In this document: positions 57,601 to 64,000 of the stretch, in pieces | How the letters are laid out: every line of letters begins with the position of its first letter | How positions within the stretch are numbered: position 1 is the stretch's first letter | Assembly (NCBI GenBank): GCA_963846985.1 | Contig: CAWJYC010000012.1 | Span: 106,506 to 170,505 of the forward strand | Length of the DNA stretch: 64,000 bases | Source: an uncultured Actinomycetota bacterium | GTDB lineage: Bacteria > Actinomycetota > Actinomycetes > Mycobacteriales > Mycobacteriaceae | Direction: 5' to 3' | Notes under the pieces: generated by a model | Told to the model about the DNA's origin: nothing | The model's database searches: none | Seen by the model: the letters and a program-made list of their open reading frames with translations, nothing else | Translations under genes and position numbers: made by a program

Positions 57601-58059
57601 GACTCCTCGGTCGAGCGACTCCAGGTGCGCCTCATCGGCGCCGACCGGCACCGCTACGTCGTCACCGCCAACGGCTATCCGATTCCGCTACTGGCCACCA
57701 GCAATGCCGACGTCCAGGTCGGCGGCGTCCGATACCGGGCCTGGCAGCCGCCGAGCGCCCTGCACCCCAGCATCACCGTCGACACGCCACTGCGCTTCGA
57801 GCTGATCGACACCGCCTCCGGCACGTCCCGGGGCGGCTGCACCTACCACGTCAGCCATCCCGGTGGCCGGGCCTACGACAACCCTCCCGTCAACGCCGTC
57901 GAGGCGGAATCGCGGCGGGGCCGACGCTTCGAGGCCACCGGCTTCACGCCGGGCCGGGTCGACATGTCCGACATCCGGGAGAAGCAGGCCCGCCAGTCCA
58001 CCGACGTGGGCGCGCCGGGCATCGTGGATCTGCGTCGGGTGCGTACCGTTCTGCGTTGA
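54622..58059 (+). CDS. Transglutaminase-like + DUF2126 (putative amidoligase) protein, Rv2566-like
   Basis: GSCRD, DLHAWTEVY, GWIGLDPT catalytic triad; GGEPTF, TPDPGVIEVN, GTGGGNH, NTHRAEFCIDK. Confidence 0.92.
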   Translation: MGIKVALEHRTSYTFDRLVEVHPHVVRLRPAPHSRTPIEAYSLQVEPADHFVNWQQDAFGNFLARLVFPSRTRELTITVGLIADLKVINPFDFFIEDFAEKWPFEYPKALLEDLKPYLRPVDEDGEGSGPGELTRDWVKNFTVRPGTRTIDFLVALNGAVNADVGYSVRMEAGVQTPDHTLRTAIGSCRDSAWLLVSVLRQMGLAARFVSGYLVQLTSDVKALDGPSGPVADFTDLHAWTEVYIPGAGWIGLDPTSALFAGEGHIPLSATPHPASAAPITGATEPCDVTLDFSNVVTRVHEDPRVTLPYTPAAWDSIVRLGAAVDARMTAGDVRLTMGGEPTFVSIDNQVDPEWTTDADGPHKRERASVLAARLKSIWAPQGLVQRSQGKWYPGEPLPRWQIVLHWRTDGQPLWTDAALLADPWAEPPAEPAPADAAQRVLGAVAAGLGLPDSQVRPAYEDALGRLAAAAREPAGEPVTDADDLAVDTPDARNALLARLDQSVTEPSAHVLPLHRREDDSGWASADWQLRRGRIVLLAGDSPAGLRLPLDAVSWQPPRPSHDADPLAPRGTLDVAAGAEDAEIEAADGAPITAMVAEVRGGVLYVFLPPTEELEHFVDIVSRLEAAAAKVDCPLVVEGYGPPPDERLTSMSVTPDPGVIEVNVAPTASFAAQLEQLETLYEEARLARLSTESFDFDGTHGGTGGGNHITLGGISPAQSPMLRRPDLLVSMLTYWQRHPSLSYLFSGRFIGTTSQAPRVDEGRSESLYELEIAFAEIDRLTSGEPGDTATDEPSDTTSIPLHGHSASSIPLHGHSASSIPLHGHSASSIPWVTDRALRHLLTDITGNTHRAEFCIDKLYSPDSARGRLGLLELRGFEMPPHYQMAMVQSLLVRSLVAWFWDQPLRAPLIRHGANLHGRYLLPHFIIQDIADVAADLRAHGIDFDTSWLDPFTEFRFPRVGTAVFDGVEIELRGAIEPWNVLGEESTAGGTARYVDSSVERLQVRLIGADRHRYVVTANGYPIPLLATSNADVQVGGVRYRAWQPPSALHPSITVDTPLRFELIDTASGTSRGGCTYHVSHPGGRAYDNPPVNAVEAESRRGRRFEATGFTPGRVDMSDIREKQARQSTDVGAPGIVDLRRVRTVLR
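57010..57107 (+). repeat. In-frame 30-bp tandem repeat (about 3.3 copies), SIPLHGHSAS
   Basis: TCCATTCCCTTACA(C/T)GGTCATTCCGCAAGC at 57010, 57040, 57070 plus a partial copy. Confidence 0.95.
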
Positions 58060-60767
58060 TGGCGTTACGTACCAGCGGCCCACCGGAGCCCTTTTCCGCC
58101 GCGACCGGCTTCGACGTCGGTGCCGACGACCTGTTGGCCCAGTACCGCGCCGCCCGCGCGCAGCAGTCGCTCTTCGACGTCCGAGGTGCGGCGGGCAACG
58201 GCTACGACGAATTCGTCGACCCCGCAGGCAACGTCCGGCCGGCGTGGCGGGAACTGGCCGAATGCGTCGGCGAGCGGGGCCGGTTCGGTCTCGACCGCTT
58301 GCGCTCGGTGGTGCGTGGCCTGGTCGACGACGACGGCATCACGTTCGTCCAGGTCGACCATCCCGCCGGGCCGGGCCGCGGCGACGGGGGCGTGGTGCTG
58401 CATGGTGACGCCGTCACCAACGGGGACGGCACCCAGGTGCCCGGGCCGTGGCACCTCGACTCACTGCCCATGCTGGTCTCGGCAGCGGACTGGGACACCC
58501 TGGAATCCGGGCTGGTGCAACGCTCCCGGCTGCTGGATGCCGTGCTGACCGACCTCTACGGTGCCCGCCGCTCGATCACCAGCGGGGTGCTGCCGCCGCA
58601 GTTGCTGTTCTCCCATCCCGGCTACATCCGGGCGGCCCGCGGCATCGAGGTGCCGGGGCGCCACCAACTGTTCCTGCACGGAGTCGACGTCAGCCGCGAT
58701 GGGTCGGGGCAGTTCATCGTCAACGCGGACTGGACTCAGGCGCCGTCGGGAGCCGGATACGCGCTGGCCGACCGGCGCGTGGTCGCGCACGCGTTTCCCG
58801 ACCTCTACGAGCGCATCGCGCCCCGGCCCGCGTCACCGTGGGCCCAGGCCTTGCGCCTGGCGCTCATCGACGCCGCCCCCGAATCGGCCGAGCAGCCCGT
58901 CGTCGTGGTGCTCAGCCCCGGCATCCACTCCGAGACGGCCTTCGACCAGGCCTACCTCGCCAGCGTCCTCGGCTTCCCGCTGGTCGAGAGCGCCGACCTG
59001 GTGGTGCGCGACGGCACGTTGTTCATGCGGTCGCTGGGCACGCTGAAGCGGGTCGACGTGGTGTTGCGTCGGGTCGACGCCGCCTACGCCGATCCGCTGG
59101 ATCTGCGGGCAGATTCGCGGCTCGGCGTCGTAGGCCTCGTCGAGGTGCTGCGTCGGGGCGCGGTCACCGTCGTCAACACCCTCGGCAGCGGGATCCTGGA
59201 AAGCTCAGGGCTGCAACGGTTCATCCCCGAGCTGGCCGATCTGCTCGTCGGCGAAACGCCGCAGCTGCCGGCGGCGCCGATGTACTGGGGTGGCATCGAC
59301 GTCGAACGGTCACATCTGCTGAGTCACCTGTCGTCCCTTCTGATCCGACCGGTCACCGGGGGCGAGCCGATCGTGGGCCCCGCGTTGACGGCCGCCGAGC
59401 GTGATGACCTGGCGGCGAGGATCGGCGCCAGCCCGTGGCAGTGGGTCGGCCAGGAACTGCCCCAATTCTCCTCCGCGCCAACCGATCACTCGCGCACCGG
59501 ACTGTCGCCCGGCAGTACGGGCATGCGGCTGTTCACCGTCGCCCAGCGTGGTGGCTACGCACCGATGGTCGGCGGACTCGGCTACCTCCTGGCGTCGGGC
59601 GATGCCGCCTACCGGATGAATACCCTTGCTGCCAAGGACATCTGGGTTCGATCGCCCACCAGGGTGACGGCCGAGCGGACGCCCACGCCCGCGGTGGAAC
59701 TGCCGGCGATGACTCCCAGCCCCACCAGGGCGGTCAGCTCGCCGCGCGTGCTGTCGGACCTGTTCTGGCTGGGTCGGTACTCCGAGCGCGCCGAGAGCAT
59801 GGCCAGACTGCTCAACATCACCCGCGAGCGATACCACGAATTCCGCTACCGGCAGGACATGGCGGGCAGCGAGTGCGTCCCGGTGCTCCTGGCCGCACTC
59901 GGGCGAATCACGGGCACCGACACCGGCGCCGCAGGCGACGACGCCGAGATGATCGCCATCGCCCCGACCACGCTGTGGGCGCTGACCGCCGATCGGCATC
60001 GGGCGGGGTCGCTGGCGCAGTCGGTCGAGCGGCTCGGGCTGTCGGCCAGGGCGGTGCGCGATCAGATGTCGAACGACACGTGGATGGTGCTCGCCGCGGT
60101 CGACCGCGCGGTCCTGCGTTCGTCGGGCACGCCACCCGATTCCCACACCGAGGGCGAGGGCTACCTGGCAGCCGCGCACAGCCAGACCCTGGCGGGGATG
60201 CTGGCACTGTCCGGGGTGGCGGCGGAGTCGATGGTGCGCGACGTTGGCTGGACGATGATGGACATCGGCAAGCGCATCGAGCGCGGCATCTGGCTGACCG
60301 CCCTGATGCAGGCCACCCTGACGACCGTGCGCAGCGCGGGCGCCGAGCAGACCATCACCGAGTCGACGCTGGTGGCGTGCGAGTCCTCGGTGATCTACCG
60401 CCGACGCACCCTCGGCAAGGTCAGCGTCGCCGCGGTGGCGGACCTGGTGCTCTTCGACGAGGAGAACCCGCGCTCGCTGGCCTTCCAGTTCGAGCGGTTG
60501 CGCGTCGACCTCAAGGCCCTTCCCTCGTCGTCGGGATCCACCCGGCCCGAGCGTCTCATCGACGAGGTGGCGGCCCGACTGCGACGGCTCGACCCCGCGG
60601 ACTTGGAAGACGTCAGCGACGGCACGCGGGTCGAACTGGACGGACTGTTGAGCAGCATTCACGGCAACCTGCGAGACCTGTCCCGCGTCATCTCCGCGAC
60701 GCACCTGTCGCTGCCCGGCGGCATGCAGCCGCTGTGGGGTCCCGACGAGAGGCGGGTCGTGCCGTGA
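58059..60767 (+). CDS. Circularly permuted ATP-grasp type 2 + alpha-E domain protein, Rv2567-like
   Basis: YDEF, QRSRLL, TQAPSGAGY, RVDVVLRRVD, KDIWV; LFWLGRYSERAE and GKRIER alpha-E motifs; TGATG coupling. Confidence 0.9.
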   Translation: MALRTSGPPEPFSAATGFDVGADDLLAQYRAARAQQSLFDVRGAAGNGYDEFVDPAGNVRPAWRELAECVGERGRFGLDRLRSVVRGLVDDDGITFVQVDHPAGPGRGDGGVVLHGDAVTNGDGTQVPGPWHLDSLPMLVSAADWDTLESGLVQRSRLLDAVLTDLYGARRSITSGVLPPQLLFSHPGYIRAARGIEVPGRHQLFLHGVDVSRDGSGQFIVNADWTQAPSGAGYALADRRVVAHAFPDLYERIAPRPASPWAQALRLALIDAAPESAEQPVVVVLSPGIHSETAFDQAYLASVLGFPLVESADLVVRDGTLFMRSLGTLKRVDVVLRRVDAAYADPLDLRADSRLGVVGLVEVLRRGAVTVVNTLGSGILESSGLQRFIPELADLLVGETPQLPAAPMYWGGIDVERSHLLSHLSSLLIRPVTGGEPIVGPALTAAERDDLAARIGASPWQWVGQELPQFSSAPTDHSRTGLSPGSTGMRLFTVAQRGGYAPMVGGLGYLLASGDAAYRMNTLAAKDIWVRSPTRVTAERTPTPAVELPAMTPSPTRAVSSPRVLSDLFWLGRYSERAESMARLLNITRERYHEFRYRQDMAGSECVPVLLAALGRITGTDTGAAGDDAEMIAIAPTTLWALTADRHRAGSLAQSVERLGLSARAVRDQMSNDTWMVLAAVDRAVLRSSGTPPDSHTEGEGYLAAAHSQTLAGMLALSGVAAESMVRDVGWTMMDIGKRIERGIWLTALMQATLTTVRSAGAEQTITESTLVACESSVIYRRRTLGKVSVAAVADLVLFDEENPRSLAFQFERLRVDLKALPSSSGSTRPERLIDEVAARLRRLDPADLEDVSDGTRVELDGLLSSIHGNLRDLSRVISATHLSLPGGMQPLWGPDERRVVP

Positions 60768-61678
60768 CCTCCACGTCGACGACGAGCCGGGCCTACGAGA
60801 TCACGCACCGGACGATGTACCACTACTCCGACGACGTCACCAGCTCCTACGGTCGCGGCTTCCTCACCCCGAGGGACTCGCCGCGGCAGCGCTGCCTGGC
60901 GCACACGCTGACCATCGAGCCCGAGGCCGCCGACAGTTCGACCAGCCGCGACGGGTACGGCAACACGAGTTCGTACTTCCACGTCACCCAACGACACCGC
61001 GCGCTGACCATCACGAGTCATTCGGTGGTGGAGGTGGATTCGCCACCGGCGACGCTGTATTCGACCGGTTCGGCGCTCGCGCCGTGGGAGATCTCGCGGC
61101 CGGTGGGCACCGACGGCGCGCTGGCGGTCGAGTTCACGCTGGATCTGCAGCAGCCGGAGATCACCGAGGCGGTGCGGGAGTACGCCGCGCCGAGCTTCCA
61201 GCCGGCCCGGCCGCTGATCGACGTGCTGCGCGATCTGAACACCAGGATCAACCACGACTTCACCTACCGCTCTGGGTCGACGACGGTATCCACCCAGGTC
61301 GGCGAAGTTTTGGCGGCGGGAGAGGGGGTATGTCAGGATTTCGCTCGGCTCGCGATCGCCTGCCTGCGCGCCAACGGTCTCGCCGCGAGCTACGTCTCGG
61401 GCTATCTTGCGACGGACCCACCTCCTGGAAGGGAACGAATGGTCGGGGTCGACGCGACACACGCCTGGGCATCGGTGTGGACACCGCAGAATCAGTGGTT
61501 GGGATTCGATCCGACCAACGACCAGATGGTCGACGAACGATACGTGGTGGTGGGTTTCGGCCGCGACTACGCCGACGTCCCGCCGCTGCGCGGCATCATC
61601 TACACCGACTCGGAGAGCAGCAAGATCGACGTATCCGTTGACGTAGCCCCATTCGACGGAGGAAACATTCGTGCGTGA
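60764..61678 (+). CDS. Transglutaminase-like protein, Rv2569c-like
   Basis: YEITHRTMYHY, GVCQDF, YVSGY, THAW, DPTN, GRDYADV. Confidence 0.92.
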   Translation: MTSTSTTSRAYEITHRTMYHYSDDVTSSYGRGFLTPRDSPRQRCLAHTLTIEPEAADSSTSRDGYGNTSSYFHVTQRHRALTITSHSVVEVDSPPATLYSTGSALAPWEISRPVGTDGALAVEFTLDLQQPEITEAVREYAAPSFQPARPLIDVLRDLNTRINHDFTYRSGSTTVSTQVGEVLAAGEGVCQDFARLAIACLRANGLAASYVSGYLATDPPPGRERMVGVDATHAWASVWTPQNQWLGFDPTNDQMVDERYVVVGFGRDYADVPPLRGIIYTDSESSKIDVSVDVAPFDGGNIRA

Positions 61679-62732
61679 CTTCATCTGTCCCAACTGCGGC
61701 CAGCACCTGGCCTTCGAGAACTCGGTCTGCTTGAACTGCAAGAGCAAGCTGGGTTTCTCGCTCGACGACATGGCGTTCCTCGTGATCGCGTCGGGCCCCG
61801 AGAGCGAGCACGGCGGTGCCGTCGACGCCAGCGAGTATCAGCTGTGCGCCAATCTTCATGCGGCAGAATGCAACTGGTTGGTCGAGGTGGCACCGGTGCG
61901 CAGGCTGTGCACGTCGTGTGCGCTGACCCGGACGCGACCCAGCGACGCCGACAAACCTGCCATGGCGGCCTTCGCAGTCGCGGAGAAGGCCAAGCGTCGG
62001 CTGATCGTCGAGCTGGTCGACCTCAAGCTGCCGATCGTCGGGCGCGACGAGGACCCGAACTACGGGCTGGCCTTCGACCTGTTGTCCAGTCAGTTCGAGA
62101 AGGTGTTCACCGGTCACGAGGACGGGGTCATCACCCTGGACCTGGCCGAGGGCGACGACGTGCACCGCGAGCAGCTCAGAGTCGCGATGGCCGAGCCGTA
62201 CCGGACCCTGCTCGGCCACTTCCGCCACGAGATCGGGCACTACTACTACTACCGCCTGGTCGGTACGGCGTCGGAGTATCAGCAGCAAGCCCACGAGCTG
62301 TTCGGCGACGCGGAGTCTGATTACCAGGCGGCGCTGGACCGGCACTACAGCGAGGGCGCGCCGCCCGGGTGGGAGCAGAACTACGTCTCCTCCTACGCAA
62401 CGATGCATCCCGCCGAGGACTGGGCCGAGACCTTCGCCCACTACCTGCACATCCGCGACACCCTGGACACCGCCGCAGCCTTCAGCTTCGCCCCCGCAGC
62501 GGCGACGTTCGAACGAAGGAACCTGGGGCCCAGCGGGTTCGACTCGATCATCGACATGTGGCTCCCGCTGTCGTGGGCGCTCAACATGGTCAACCGCTCC
62601 ATGGGCCACGACGACCTCTACCCCTTCGTGCTGCCACCGAAGGTGCTCGAGAAGATGCGGTTCATCCACACCGTCATCGACGAGGTGACCTCCGATCCGG
62701 CGAAACTCGCCGCAGCGGGCGGCGCGGCGTAA
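61671..62732 (+). CDS. Zinc-ribbon + zinc metallopeptidase (Rv2568c-like)
   Basis: CPNC..FEN..C..C; LLGHFRHEIGHY; HPAEDWAETFAHY. Confidence 0.9.
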   Translation: MRDFICPNCGQHLAFENSVCLNCKSKLGFSLDDMAFLVIASGPESEHGGAVDASEYQLCANLHAAECNWLVEVAPVRRLCTSCALTRTRPSDADKPAMAAFAVAEKAKRRLIVELVDLKLPIVGRDEDPNYGLAFDLLSSQFEKVFTGHEDGVITLDLAEGDDVHREQLRVAMAEPYRTLLGHFRHEIGHYYYYRLVGTASEYQQQAHELFGDAESDYQAALDRHYSEGAPPGWEQNYVSSYATMHPAEDWAETFAHYLHIRDTLDTAAAFSFAPAAATFERRNLGPSGFDSIIDMWLPLSWALNMVNRSMGHDDLYPFVLPPKVLEKMRFIHTVIDEVTSDPAKLAAAGGAA

Positions 62733-62781
62733 CCCCAACCGGTGCTTGACCAGCGACACACCGTGGAGCACCATCACGCAG

Positions 62782-63087
62782 ATGATTCACGTCCACGGTG
62801 CCCGCCTCGCGTCCGCACTCCTCGTTGGTGCCGCCGTGCTCGGCCTCAGCGGGTGCAGCCACGTGATCGACGCCGACAGCGCGCAGAAGTCGGTGACCGA
62901 CTTCGTCTCCCAGCACACCAAGTTCACCCCGCATGACGTCACGTGCCCCTCGGGAACCGACGCCAAGGTCGGCGAGGAGTTCGACTGCACCTTCACCGGT
63001 CCCGACGGCGACTACGTCGCGCACCTGAAGATCACCAAGGTCGACGGCTCCGACGTGCTCTACGACATCGAGACGAAGCTGGCGTAG
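62782..63087 (+). CDS. DUF4333-like lipoprotein
   Basis: Lipobox LSGC; VTCP...KVG..FDC. Confidence 0.75.
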   Translation: MIHVHGARLASALLVGAAVLGLSGCSHVIDADSAQKSVTDFVSQHTKFTPHDVTCPSGTDAKVGEEFDCTFTGPDGDYVAHLKITKVDGSDVLYDIETKLA

Positions 63088-63159
63088 CCCGGTCACCGAT
63101 CGGTCACGGACCCGGCGCGGCGCGCGGCGAGGATGCCCGACGTTCCTAGGCTTTGCGAC

Positions 63160-63999
63160 GTGAAGGATCGATACGGCTCCGACGTCCTGGCCCGAAACCC
63201 GCACGCGCCCAAGCGAGTGCGTTCCACCGAGATGGCAGCCGACATCGGGCTCGTCGTCGAGGACGTGCAGACCGGCTACGTCGGCGCCATCGTGCGCATC
63301 GAGTACGGCCGCATGGAATTGGAGGACTTCGACGGGCACCGGCGTCCGTTCCCCATCGGGCCGGGATATCTGGTGGACGGCACGCCGGTCATCCTCACCG
63401 CGCCCAAGCGCACCGGGCCGGCCGGACCGGCGCGCACGGCGTCCGGATCGGTTGCCGTCGCCGGCGCTCGCGCGAGGATTGCACTGCCCAGCCGCATCTA
63501 CGTCGAAGGGCGCCACGACGCCGAACTCGTCGAACAGGTCTGGGGTGCCGATCTGCGGGTGGAGGGGGTGGTCGTCGAATATCTCGGCGGCATCGACGAT
63601 TTGGCCGCCATCGTCGCGGACTTCGATCCCGGGCCCGGCCGTCGGCTCGGGGTGCTGGTGGACCATCTGGTCACGGGGTCCAAGGAGGCCCGCATCGCCG
63701 ACGCCGTCCGCGGTGGCCCCGGTGGAGCCCACACGCTGGTGGTGGGCCACCCCTACGTCGACGTCTGGCAAGCGGTGAAGCCCGAACGGCTCGGCTTGTC
63801 GCGGTGGCCGGTGATCCCACGCAACGTCGAGTGGAAGCACGGCATCTGCGACGCCCTGGGCTGGCCGCACGACGATCAGGCCGACATCGCCGGCGCATGG
63901 CGGCGCATCCGCGGCACCGTCCGGGACTGGAACGACCTGGAGCCCGCCCTCATCGGCCGCGTCGAGGAACTCATCGACTTCGTCACCGCGAGTTCCTGA
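63160..63999 (+). CDS. DUF3097-family protein (Toprim-like)
   Basis: DRYG.DVLA, RTASGS, RIYVEGRHDAELVE.VWG, GVLVDHL. Confidence 0.88.
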   Translation: MKDRYGSDVLARNPHAPKRVRSTEMAADIGLVVEDVQTGYVGAIVRIEYGRMELEDFDGHRRPFPIGPGYLVDGTPVILTAPKRTGPAGPARTASGSVAVAGARARIALPSRIYVEGRHDAELVEQVWGADLRVEGVVVEYLGGIDDLAAIVADFDPGPGRRLGVLVDHLVTGSKEARIADAVRGGPGGAHTLVVGHPYVDVWQAVKPERLGLSRWPVIPRNVEWKHGICDALGWPHDDQADIAGAWRRIRGTVRDWNDLEPALIGRVEELIDFVTASS

Positions 64000-64000
64000 G

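Noticed and set aside
56184-58058. N-terminal 625 aa of the 1527-aa ORF
   Set aside because: Arg/Pro-rich off-frame overlap of the Rv2566-like gene; the real start is the coupled ATG at 58059.

Overview
High-GC actinobacterial chromosome, most likely a rapidly growing mycobacterium (Mycolicibacterium-like). The conserved backbone follows the M. tuberculosis Rv2594c-Rv2566 region: ruvCAB, gabT, yajC-secD-secF, an SBP lipoprotein, apt, relA, two cyclophilins, an MBL hydrolase, hisS, dtd, a cold-shock gene, an SOS-boxed radical SAM gene, a neutral Zn peptidase, aspS, and a transglutaminase/CP-ATP-grasp/alpha-E/Zn-peptidase operon. Accessory lipid or xenobiotic catabolic genes are interspersed (cytochrome P450, an acyl-CoA dehydrogenase pair, amidohydrolase, LLM, thioesterase, thiolase), several with visible operator palindromes. 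The stand-out element is an 11.5-kb gene with atypical codon usage (40070-51579, split by a 1-nt frameshift at about 40708). It encodes a ~3,800-aa NLR-like protein: SARP wHTH+BTAD, class III nucleotide cyclase, STAND ATPase, helical/TPR region, then 19 SnoaL/NTF2-like domains (one lone domain plus nine ~269-aa A+B units that are diverged and appear shuffled). No rRNA, tRNA, CRISPR array, integrase or transposase was recognised. Family assignments come from recognising motifs by eye; no searches were run.
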